Shown piece by piece: positions 8,827 to 16,690 of a stretch of 64,000 nt of DNA. Made by a program: the position numbers and the translations under genes. Under the pieces are notes generated by a model, which was given only the letters and a program-made list of their open reading frames with translations, had not been told where the DNA came from and searched no databases. The stretch's first letter is position 1; each line of letters opens with the position of its first letter. Origin of the DNA: Candidatus Buchananbacteria bacterium (GTDB lineage: Bacteria > Patescibacteriota > Patescibacteriia > Buchananbacterales > UBA6539); assembly GCA_041664165.1 (NCBI GenBank), contig JBAYLH010000006.1, positions 143-64,142 on the forward strand. Reading direction: 5' to 3'.

Positions 8827-10044
8827 GTGAAAATAATTTTATACGAAGACAATCAAGCCAGTAACTTATACCCGATTACCTTAACCCGGCCGAGTTTTGA
8901 TATTTTTTGCGGGGCGGCTAATTTAGTCCAAGTCATTAAAACAATTTTTTCCCAAGCCGGTGTTGGCTATCTGGTTCGCGATCATTTGAAAGAAATTGTT
9001 GCAAAAAAGTATCCGGCCAAAGAGGCGGATACTGGTTACGTTTTATATCTTAACGGCAGTTTAATCCCGAGTTTCACCTTAGCCAAAAAGTTGGCCGAGA
9101 CGATCAGATTTGACCAAGAATTAATTTTGAAAAATGGGGAAAAAATTATCGGGGCAATTGTCGCCGCTAATCAGCCAATTACTAATTATAACGAATTGGA
9201 AGCGTACTCAAAAAAGCTGGATTTAAAAATGATTCAAGTCCAATGGCCAAGTTTTAATTATTCCTGGGAAGTCATCGTTTATAATCAGCAAATTATTAAT
9301 GATAATTTGGATTATTTGAAAATTAATTTTAAAGAAATTAAGCCAAACGTCTTCGTCGGTGGCGGGGTCAAACTGGCCGATAACATTTCGTTTAACACCG
9401 ACAATGGCATAATTATCATCGATGAAAAGACCAAAATTTCGCCGTTTGTTTATTTAGCCGGTCCGCTTTATATCGGCTCTAACTGTCTAATTAAGGAATT
9501 CGCCGCGGTTAAAGACAAATGTTGCATTGGCCCGGTTTGCAAAATTGGCGGGGAAATAGAAGCGACGATTATTCAAGGCTATTCCAATAAGCAGCATTAT
9601 GGATTTTTAGGCCATAGTTATTTGGGCGAGTGGGTTAATATTGCCGCCGGGACTTCCAATTCCGACTTGAAAAATACCTATAGCTTGATTAAAATCGGGG
9701 GTGTTGAAACCGGCCAGCAGTTTTTGGGCACGGTCATCGGCGATTACAGCAAAACCGCCATTAATACCTCGATTTTTACCGGCCGGATCATTGGCGCCTG
9801 TAGCTTTGTTTATGGCACTATCACCCGCGATATTATTTCTTTTACCAACTATGCCGCTAATTTAGGCTGCGTTATTGAATTGGACTTCGACGTTGCCATT
9901 AAATCCCAAAAGGCAATGTTTGGCCGGCGCCAGATGGAACAAACGGCAGTAGAAATAAATTTATTAAAAAATATTTATGAGCTGACCGCCGCTGACCGGC
10001 TTGCTGCCAACGTTAAACCCGGCCGGTTGGAATTTAAAATTTAA
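8827..10044 (+). CDS. GlmU-like protein with left-handed beta-helix (hexapeptide-repeat acyltransferase) C-terminus and a degenerate nucleotidyltransferase-like N-terminus
   Basis: Hexapeptide repeats IGSNCLIKEFAAVKDKCCIGPVCKIGGEIEATII. The N-terminus is nucleotidyltransferase-like but lacks the G-rich loop. Confidence 0.55.
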   Translation: MKIILYEDNQASNLYPITLTRPSFDIFCGAANLVQVIKTIFSQAGVGYLVRDHLKEIVAKKYPAKEADTGYVLYLNGSLIPSFTLAKKLAETIRFDQELILKNGEKIIGAIVAANQPITNYNELEAYSKKLDLKMIQVQWPSFNYSWEVIVYNQQIINDNLDYLKINFKEIKPNVFVGGGVKLADNISFNTDNGIIIIDEKTKISPFVYLAGPLYIGSNCLIKEFAAVKDKCCIGPVCKIGGEIEATIIQGYSNKQHYGFLGHSYLGEWVNIAAGTSNSDLKNTYSLIKIGGVETGQQFLGTVIGDYSKTAINTSIFTGRIIGACSFVYGTITRDIISFTNYAANLGCVIELDFDVAIKSQKAMFGRRQMEQTAVEINLLKNIYELTAADRLAANVKPGRLEFKI

Positions 10045-10047
10045 ATT

Positions 10048-10791
10048 ATGGGTAAAATCCAAATTATTATTTTGGCGGCCGGCCACGGCAAAAGAATGAA
10101 TAACGCGGAATTGCCGAAGGTTTTAGTTCCGTTCAAGGGCAAGCCTTTGATTAGCCGTTTGCTGCAAGCAATTAAAGCCTCCGGCGTTTGCGCCAAACCG
10201 GCAATTGTTGTCGGACAAAAAGCCGACATGATTAAAGCGGCTTTGGGTTCGGACTATACTTATATTTTTCAGGCCGAACAACTGGGTACCGGCCATGCGG
10301 TAATGTGCAGTAAAGATGAGCTAGCCGGCAAAGCGGAAAATATTATGGTTTTATACGGTGATCATCCGCTGGTTTCCGCCGAAACAATAAAAAAAATTGC
10401 CGCTGCTCATTTGGAAACGGGAGCAATATTGACGATGGCCACGGTAACAATTCCGGATTTTTCCGACTGGCGAGCTAATTTTTATGATTTCGGCCGGATT
10501 ATCCGCACCGACTCAGGCCGAGTTTGCGCGATTGTTGAAAAAAAAGATGCCGCTGAAAGCCAGAAAGAAATTAAAGAAGTTAATCCGAGCTATCTTTGTT
10601 TTCAAGCCGAATGGCTCTGGGAGAATTTAGCTAAGCTGAAAAATGACAATGCCCAAAAAGAATATTATTTAACCGATTTAATCGGCAGCGCTTGTCGGCA
10701 GAGCCAAGAAATTACGACCGTTGAAATCAGGCCGGAAGAAGCATTGGGCGTTAATACGGCCGAACAGCTTGAATTGATAAATAAAATTTAA
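10048..10791 (+). CDS. Sugar nucleotidyltransferase (GlmU N-terminal-like, UDP-GlcNAc pyrophosphorylase-type)
   Basis: ILAAGHGKRM G-rich loop and the GT-A nucleotidyltransferase fold pattern. Its start is 4 nt after the stop of the acyltransferase-like gene. Confidence 0.65.
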   Translation: MGKIQIIILAAGHGKRMNNAELPKVLVPFKGKPLISRLLQAIKASGVCAKPAIVVGQKADMIKAALGSDYTYIFQAEQLGTGHAVMCSKDELAGKAENIMVLYGDHPLVSAETIKKIAAAHLETGAILTMATVTIPDFSDWRANFYDFGRIIRTDSGRVCAIVEKKDAAESQKEIKEVNPSYLCFQAEWLWENLAKLKNDNAQKEYYLTDLIGSACRQSQEITTVEIRPEEALGVNTAEQLELINKI

Positions 10792-12045
10792 ATGAGGTTA
10801 ATCGCCGATTTGCACATCCATTCCAAGTATTCCCGGGCTTGCTCGAAGGATTTAGATTTGCCTCATATTAATCAATGGGCAAAAATTAAGGGGATTCAAA
10901 TTGTCGGGACTGGCGATTTTACTCATCCGGCCTGGCTAAAGCATCTTAAGGAAAACTTGGTTGAAAACCGACCTGGTTTTTTTAAATTTAAAGGCGATAC
11001 CGACTCCGTTTTATTCATGCTGACGACCGAGCTTAGCTGTATTTATTCTCAGGGTGATAAGTGTCGGCGGATTCATCTTTGTATTTTTGTTCCGGATTTT
11101 AAAACGATTGATAAAATTAATGAAGCCTTAACTAAGCGGGGAGTTAATTTAAAATCCGATGGCCGGCCGATTATGGGTCTTCACGCCGATGAATTGACCA
11201 AGATTATTTTAGACGCCAATCCTCAGTCATTAGTCATTCCGGCTCATGCCTGGACACCCTGGTTTTCGGTTTTTGGTTCTCATTCCGGCTTTGACACCTT
11301 GCAGGCTTGTTTCGGCGATCAAACTAAGTATATTTATTCAATTGAAACCGGTTTGTCATCTGACCCGCCGATGAACTGGCGAGTTTCGGCGTTGGATAAA
11401 ATTACTTTAATTTCCAATTCCGATGCTCATTCACCGGCGAATTTAGGCCGGGAAGCCAATGTTTTTGAAATCCCGGAAAATGAATTAAGCTATCAAGAAA
11501 TTTACCGCATCCTTAAAGAAAAAGACCAAAAACGATTTTTGTATACGATTGAATTTTTTCCCGAAGAAGGCAAATACCATTGGGATGGCCACCGCGATTG
11601 CCAAATCCAGTTTAAGCCCGGCCAAACTAAAAAAAATAAAGGCATTTGTCCGATTTGCAAAAAGCCGCTGACGATTGGCGTGGTTAATCGCGTCGAGCAG
11701 CTGGCCGACCGACCGGAAAATTTTAAACCTGACACGATCGGCTATAAAAGTTTAGTGCCGCTGCCGGAAATTATTGCCGATTTTTTGGGGCAGGGGAAAC
11801 TGACTAAAAAAGTTACGGCCATTTATCAGGATTTAATTGCCAAAGGGGGCAATGAATTTCGGATTTTACTTGATTTATCGATTCCGGAATTAGAAAAAAT
11901 TGCGCCGTTGGAAATTGCCTTAGGGATTAAAAATGTCCGGGAAGGCAAAATTGAAATTTCCGCCGGCTATGACGGAGTTTACGGCGTGGTAAAAGTTTTT
12001 AAAGGCGGAGAAATAAAAAAACTAGCCCAAAAAAGTTTATTTTAA
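10792..12045 (+). CDS. PHP-domain protein with C-terminal Cys-x2-Cys element (TIGR00375/EndoQ-like)
   Basis: N-terminal ADLHIHSKYSRA PHP metal-binding motif, HAWTPW, SDAHS, and ICPICKKPLT. Confidence 0.55.
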   Translation: MRLIADLHIHSKYSRACSKDLDLPHINQWAKIKGIQIVGTGDFTHPAWLKHLKENLVENRPGFFKFKGDTDSVLFMLTTELSCIYSQGDKCRRIHLCIFVPDFKTIDKINEALTKRGVNLKSDGRPIMGLHADELTKIILDANPQSLVIPAHAWTPWFSVFGSHSGFDTLQACFGDQTKYIYSIETGLSSDPPMNWRVSALDKITLISNSDAHSPANLGREANVFEIPENELSYQEIYRILKEKDQKRFLYTIEFFPEEGKYHWDGHRDCQIQFKPGQTKKNKGICPICKKPLTIGVVNRVEQLADRPENFKPDTIGYKSLVPLPEIIADFLGQGKLTKKVTAIYQDLIAKGGNEFRILLDLSIPELEKIAPLEIALGIKNVREGKIEISAGYDGVYGVVKVFKGGEIKKLAQKSLF

Positions 12046-12142
12046 TTTTGACGGTGTATATAGTGTAATCAAATTTTTCTACCATCGCCGAGCCAAACAA
12101 AAAATCCCGCAGTTATGCCGGATTTTTTGTTTGAAATCTATT

Positions 12143-12241
12143 TTAACGCCCGCGCTTTTTGGCCGCTTTTTTCTTGGCGACTTTGCGTTTTGGCGCTTTT
12201 TTGGCGACTTTTTTCTTGGCCGCTTTCTTTTTGGTTGCCAT
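12143..12241 (-). CDS. Small lysine/alanine-rich basic protein, 32 aa (MATKKKAAKKKVAKKAPKRKVAKKKAAKKRGR), absent from the ORF track
   Basis: SD aaaggaggtg lies 7 nt upstream of the ATG, with an extended -10 promoter upstream. Downstream there is only a weak, imperfect hairpin flanked by A and T runs. The ORF-track entry 12079..12306 is in a different frame of the same strand. Confidence 0.6.
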   Translation of the reverse strand: MATKKKAAKKKVAKKAPKRKVAKKKAAKKRGR

Positions 12242-12304
12242 GTTTGCTCACCTCCTTTCGTGAATTCGTTTGCAAAAATTTTTACTAAAAATATTGATAT
12301 TGTC

Positions 12305-12313
12305 ATTATAGCA
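12305..12313 (-). promoter_or_regulatory. Extended -10 promoter (TGcTATAAT) for the small basic-protein gene
   Basis: The reverse complement of 12305-12313 is tgcTATAAT, about 60 nt upstream of the SD. Confidence 0.5.
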
Positions 12314-12593
12314 CTTTTTTATTTTTTACACAATGATTTTTGGGGTAATTGTTGGTAACTCATTTAAAATTTTGAATATTTTGAATCTGATGCAGAAATT
12401 AAAACATAAAATAAAAAACAGCCCATCAGGTTGGGATGTTTTTTTGGTAGTAAATTTTATTTTAATCTCGCGCGGAGCCTTTTGGCGGTTTAGGAAGTTT
12501 AAAGATGAGTCTAAATATTTGAATTGGTTTTCGTATTGTCCCGAAAAATTGTGGTTCACCACGTTCGGGTTAGTTGGAACCAAGTTATTGACT

Positions 12594-13160
12594 TTACTCT
12601 AAAATTTCCAGAACCATATCACGCAACTTTTCAAACTTCACATAGCCAGCTTTTTTGTTAAAGTGTCCCGCATTCGGCACAAAGGAAAGCTCAACGCCGA
12701 GATTCTTTGCAAGCTCTTTGCCGTTTTCTAATCCAACATAGGGGTCATCATCAGACTGAAAAACTACAAAGTGTTTAGCTTTATTCTTAATTTTGTCCCA
12801 GTCAAAGGTAAAACCACTAAAACTGTTGTCTCGGTCATAGTTCGCGATAGGGCGAACTCCAACCGGAGTTCCTACGAAGAATGCAGCTTTAACTGGATGC
12901 GTTAATTTTTCCAATACACGCAAAGTGAAAATGCCACCCAAACTATGCCCGACTAAGAGAGTGTCTTCGTTGATATACTGCTCATAATTTTTAAGGACAT
13001 CAAACCACTCGGATATTTTTGCAGGAACTATGGGAGGCGAAGGAAACTGTGGGACAAATACTTTATGTCCTTTTTGTTCCAATTCCTGCTTCATCCAAGG
13101 AAACCAGTTTTCTTCTGGGTAGCCTTCTGTGCCGTGGAATATAAAAATGTTGTTTTTCAC
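12594..13160 (-). CDS. Alpha/beta hydrolase, RBBP9/YdeN-like serine hydrolase
   Basis: GHSLGG nucleophile elbow, about 190 aa, no signal peptide. Confidence 0.7.
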   Translation of the reverse strand: MKNNIFIFHGTEGYPEENWFPWMKQELEQKGHKVFVPQFPSPPIVPAKISEWFDVLKNYEQYINEDTLLVGHSLGGIFTLRVLEKLTHPVKAAFFVGTPVGVRPIANYDRDNSFSGFTFDWDKIKNKAKHFVVFQSDDDPYVGLENGKELAKNLGVELSFVPNAGHFNKKAGYVKFEKLRDMVLEILE

Positions 13161-13182
13161 AGATATACGTAGATACGAGTGG

Positions 13183-13208
13183 ATTTGGTGGACCCGAGCG
13201 GATTCCCC
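13183..13208 (-). repeat. Decayed copy of a tRNA 3'-end (tggtggacccgagcggattccccgcc)
   Basis: Similar to the 3' acceptor/T-arm of tRNA-Ala at 14426 (tggtggactcgaggagattcgaactcc). It cannot fold into a tRNA. Confidence 0.6.
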
Positions 13209-13584
13209 GCCAGAGCCTACCTATTGGCAGGTAGGGCGGGTCAGCCTTCGGCTGAGAACTCTCGACCCCGCACTAAAACCCGCGAAAGTTTTTTGCAAAG
13301 AGATTAACTTTAATTGGCGCAAAAGCCGCCTATGGCTGTTAAAAAATAATTATTTGTTTTAAATTATTGGTTTAGTGCGGGGCAAGCCTCCATATTGTCC
13401 CGATAATTTTGGTGGTGTTATTTTAGCATTTGCTCGAACTTTTTTCAACCAAGAATGAATCGTCCCGCCACCGCCTCACAAAGCCTCGGCAAAAAACTCT
13501 TTAATCATTTTTGCCTTTATTAATAACTTTTAATCGCTAATTAAAGCTTAATATAGCTTTTAATCCCCCTTTTTTAAAAATTTA

Positions 13585-13614
13585 TTGACTCTTTCTCATT
13601 GGTAGTGGTAAAAT
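13585..13614 (+). promoter_or_regulatory. Sigma70-like promoter (ttgact-N17/18-taaaat)
   Basis: Hexamers lie directly upstream of the ATG at 13622, which lacks a clear SD. Confidence 0.45.
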
Positions 13615-13621
13615 ATCAGAT

Positions 13622-14116
13622 ATGATAGAAAAAAGGTTTTTTTCTCCAATTCAAGGCAAAACTATTGAGCAATTAGTCAAGGCTGAAAGAGAAGCCAAAA
13701 TAAAAAAAGCTGTGGATCGACGGGATAAGATTCAACGCCGACGAACCAAATGGACCAATGAGGCCTTAGCCATTAAAGCAGGCACGTTTTATGGAGTTAA
13801 AAAAGAAGAACTTCAACCGCCTGAAAAATCAAAGGGAGGAAGCTTGGCTGAAAGAGAAGCAACCATCAGCGCAGAACTTAGTGAGGAGGTAGAAACACCA
13901 GCAGTAACTTCAACCGCCAAACCTGAGGGCACCTCATCTCAACCTTCAACCACAGGCAAGACGGACACCATTATTTCGTATAGACCAGATCTAATAAGAT
14001 CTTCAAATACAATAAGCAAACATCCTTTTGCCCATGATCCAGCAGATGATGAAAAAAGAGGTTTTTTTAGTCGTACTTGGAGAAAAATAAAAGAATCTGT
14101 CAAAAGAGGCTGGTAA
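13622..14116 (+). CDS. Hypothetical protein, K/R-rich N-terminus and S/T-rich low-complexity centre
   Basis: Long ORF with promoter and terminator. No recognizable domain. Confidence 0.5.
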   Translation: MIEKRFFSPIQGKTIEQLVKAEREAKIKKAVDRRDKIQRRRTKWTNEALAIKAGTFYGVKKEELQPPEKSKGGSLAEREATISAELSEEVETPAVTSTAKPEGTSSQPSTTGKTDTIISYRPDLIRSSNTISKHPFAHDPADDEKRGFFSRTWRKIKESVKRGW

Positions 14117-14130
14117 ATATAGTTTTTTGG

Positions 14131-14155
14131 TGGACCCGAGGAGACTCGCCCCGAT
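14131..14155 (-). repeat. Decayed tRNA 3'-end copy (tggtggacccgaggagactcgcccc)
   Basis: Matches the 3' 25 nt of tRNA-Ala with substitutions. The T-arm partner is absent. Confidence 0.6.
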
Positions 14156-14202
14156 GTCGACTGACCGCGGAATCGGGGTCATGATTTCTCCCAATGTTAA
14201 AT

Positions 14203-14236
14203 CGGGATGCCGACTAAACGTCGGCATTTATTTTTA
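14203..14236 (+). terminator. Rho-independent terminator (atgccgac-taaac-gtcggcat + T-run)
   Basis: 8-bp stem followed by ttatttttaaaa. It lies downstream of CDS 13622-14116. Confidence 0.6.
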
Positions 14237-14292
14237 AAATAATTTGTGCGTCGGGAAACCCTTGACCCCCACATTGTCCCGACAAACTTTTG

Positions 14293-14318
14293 GACCCGAG
14301 CGGATTCCCCGCCACCTC
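14293..14318 (-). repeat. Decayed tRNA 3'-end copy (ttttggacccgagcggattccccgcc), preceded by an attgtcccga motif
   Basis: Near-identical to the copy at 13183. The upstream attgtccc motif also occurs at 13395 and 14405. Confidence 0.6.
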
Positions 14319-14425
14319 TCAGTAAACTCGAGGTGGTCTTGAGTTTTACCGAAAGGCCAGAGGCGGGTGCGCCTCTGGCGCAGAACTATAGGTCTACGCA
14401 GCAGTCTATTGTCCCAAAAAATTAT

Positions 14426-14501
14426 GGTGGACTCGAGGAGATTCGAACTCCTGACCCCCTGCTTGCAAAGCAGGTGCTCTAGCCAGCTGAGCTACGAGCC
14501 C
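14426..14501 (-). tRNA. tRNA-Ala (anticodon UGC), CCA encoded
   Basis: RC reads GGGCTCGTAGCTCAGCTGGCTAGAGCACCTGCTTTGCAAGCAGGGGGTCAGGAGTTCGAATCTCCTCGAGTCCACCA, with a G3:U70 pair and a standard cloverleaf. Confidence 0.9.
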
Positions 14502-14538
14502 TAGATTTTTAATCGTTGTTTCACTCCGGGTTTATTTT

Positions 14539-14793
14539 TTAGCGTAAGGCTGGGAAAAAGAGTTTCATGATCCCTTTCAAAACAGATTCAATCAAATTAG
14601 TCATGATTAGAAAACCAATGATGCTGAGTAAAATCCCGATTAATTTGTAGGCTAGCCGGCTGCCGCCTTCGGTTCCCAAATATTTATCAGCTGAAGGAAT
14701 GGCTCCGAAATTTTCATAAAACCACGGAGCTTTAATGGTTACTAAAGCGCCAACAGCAGTAACGATTAAGCCGAGAATAATTCTGCCAATCAT
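14539..14793 (-). CDS. Small membrane protein, 2 TM helices, hypothetical
   Basis: 84 aa, hydrophobic segments, intergenic position between tRNAs. Confidence 0.4.
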   Translation of the reverse strand: MIGRIILGLIVTAVGALVTIKAPWFYENFGAIPSADKYLGTEGGSRLAYKLIGILLSIIGFLIMTNLIESVLKGIMKLFFPALR

Positions 14794-15114
14794 ATAGTAA
14801 AATAAATTCTAAATTCTAATATCTAAATTTAAAATGTTCCAAACGGTTTGAGATTGATGATTTGGAAAATTGAAGTTTGTTTCGGATTTAGAATTCCAGG
14901 CTTCGGCTTTAAGTTATTGGTGGACGATGTAGGAATCGAATCCCACACCAAAACCCGCGGTGTAGTTAGTTATTTTTTGAGCTTTTTTGGTCGCGGAACC
15001 GGCCGTGCCTTGTTTTTATATAATTTTAGTTTTGATTATTGGTTTGGTACGGGACAGGCCTATGATTTTTTTGGGCTTCGCCGGCCGGAGTCGGCTTTAT
15101 AGAAGTTAAATAAA

Positions 15115-15188
15115 TGGGTGGTGAGGGATTCGAACCCCCGACTTTCTGCATGTAAAGCAGACGCTCTAACCAACTGAGCTAACCACCC
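15115..15188 (-). tRNA. tRNA-Val (anticodon UAC)
   Basis: RC reads GGGTGGTTAGCTCAGTTGGTTAGAGCGTCTGCTTTACATGCAGAAAGTCGGGGGTTCGAATCCCTCACCACCCA. Confidence 0.9.
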
Positions 15189-15283
15189 TTACAACTTCGG
15201 CCGACGAAAGTCGGTGTAATGCTGCCTGCCGGCTAATCGTCCCTAGCATTGGCAGAGGAGATTGCATATCTAAATTTTATCAA

Positions 15284-15300
15284 ATGCGGACGAGAGGATT
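15284..15300 (-). repeat. 17-nt duplicate of the tRNA-Leu 3' end (tgcggacgagaggattt), followed by the hairpin repeat gcgcctctggcgcagaac
   Basis: Identical to 15351-15367. The hairpin gcgcctctggcgc also occurs at 14369-14390, and a related ttccgccaRaggcggat string at 47318. Confidence 0.6.
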
Positions 15301-15350
15301 TTCCGCCAAAGGCGGATGCGCCTCTGGCGCAGAACCTGCATCTACTAAAA

Positions 15351-15434
15351 TGCGGACGAGAGGATTTGAACCTCCAAGGCCTTGCGGCCACAGGCCCCTC
15401 AAGCCTGCGTGTATACCAGTTCCACCACGTCCGC
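15351..15434 (-). tRNA. tRNA-Leu (anticodon GAG), long variable arm
   Basis: RC reads GCGGACGTGGTGGAACTGGTATACACGCAGGCTTGAGGGGCCTGTGGCCGCAAGGCCTTGGAGGTTCAAATCCTCTCGTCCGCA. Confidence 0.85.
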
Positions 15435-15659
15435 CTAAGGGTGTGTATATTTACCCCGCTTCAAGCCGGAAGAAAGACTTAAATTTAGCGGCCAAAAGCC
15501 GTAGGCGACTCCCGAGGTATAAATTTTGTTATTGGCAAAACTTTTTTGGGCTTGAGGCGGGGCCAGTTCCACCCTGCCTACCGCCCGTCTAACGGCAGTT
15601 AGGGCAGACAGGCACGTCCGCCTAGTTAGGGAGCGGAGTTTATAAAATCAGCCAAAAAA

Positions 15660-16049
15660 TTATTTTTGTTCGATCTTTTTTTCGCTCAGCCGCTTTTTAT
15701 AATTTCTCAGGTAATAAAGCTTAGCTTTCCGGGTATTGGCTTGTTTGACCGGTTCGATTTTGATGACGTTTGGTGAATGGAGAGGAAAGATTTTTTCCAC
15801 GCCGATACCGTCAGAAACTTTTCTGACCGTGATAGTTGAACCGGTTTCTTTGCCGTGTTTATGAGCGATAATCATGCCTTCAAAGACCTGAATTCTTTGT
15901 TTTTCGCCTTTTGGGCCGATTTCGGTGATTCTTTGGTGAACTTTGACCGTCATGCCCGATTTCAAAACCGGCAACGGCTGTTTTTCGATTTTCTTTTGGG
16001 AGAGCTTATCTTCATGCTCAGCTTTTTTTGACTTTTTTTCCTTAGCCAT
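15660..16049 (-). CDS. rplS: 50S ribosomal protein L19 with a K-rich N-terminal extension
   Basis: LKSGMTVKVHQRI...GEKQRIQVFEGMIIA...RKAKLYYLR is the L19 signature. Confidence 0.85.
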   Translation of the reverse strand: MAKEKKSKKAEHEDKLSQKKIEKQPLPVLKSGMTVKVHQRITEIGPKGEKQRIQVFEGMIIAHKHGKETGSTITVRKVSDGIGVEKIFPLHSPNVIKIEPVKQANTRKAKLYYLRNYKKRLSEKKIEQK

Positions 16050-16120
16050 AGTTTTATCCGTTTAAATTTAAAAATTAATACTTATCAACTATAAACGAAA
16101 ATCATTAAAAAGTCAAGGCT

Positions 16121-16690
16121 TTAATTTTTAGCAATGATTTCAACGACTCGGTTGATTGTTTCTCTCAATTTACCTTCGTTATTATAGACGATGTAGTTGT
16201 ATTTTTTGGCCAAAGCCAATTCTTTTCTGGCGTTTTCTAGCCGCAAATTAATAATCGCCGCCGGCATTTTTCCTCGTTTTTTTAACCGCCGAGCCAAATC
16301 GGCGATCGTTTTGGTCCGTAAAAATATTAAAACGGTTTTTTCGGGAATTTTATTTTTAATTTGCAGCGCTCCTTGGACATCAATATTCATCAAAAGACTG
16401 TTTTTTTTCAATTTTTTTTCTACCACCTTTTTGTCAGTACCGTAAAGATTTTCATGAACCACAGCCCATTCTAAAAAATCGCCGTTAGTTATTTTTTTCC
16501 GAAATTCATTCTCCGAAATATGAATTACCATTTTATCCTCCTTTTTTCCCAGGCGCTGGGTTCGGGTGGTGTAAGTGACGGAGGTTTTCAAAAAAGTCAG
16601 CCGCTTCAAAACGCCTTTGGCAATGCTGGTTTTGCCAACTCCCGAAGGGCCGGAGATAATAAAAATTTTGTTACTTTTTTCTGCAGGCAT
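16121..16690 (-). CDS. gmk: Guanylate kinase
   Basis: P-loop IISGPSGVGKTS and YTTR motif. Confidence 0.85.
   Translation of the reverse strand: MPAEKSNKIFIISGPSGVGKTSIAKGVLKRLTFLKTSVTYTTRTQRLGKKEDKMVIHISENEFRKKITNGDFLEWAVVHENLYGTDKKVVEKKLKKNSLLMNIDVQGALQIKNKIPEKTVLIFLRTKTIADLARRLKKRGKMPAAIINLRLENARKELALAKKYNYIVYNNEGKLRETINRVVEIIAKN

Noticed and set aside
12079-12306. ORF-track 75-aa ORF (MTISIFLVKIF...KRKRPRKK...)
   Set aside because: It has no SD or start context. The same locus holds a 32-aa ORF (12143-12241) with a strong SD and promoter, which is far more plausible. The 75-aa frame is an alternative frame of the K-codon-rich stretch.
14848-15102. 84-aa ORF between the small membrane protein and tRNA-Val
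   Set aside because: It overlaps tRNA-like repeat fragments (tggtggacg...ggaatcgaatccc). It has an odd composition (FGF repeats) and no start signals.
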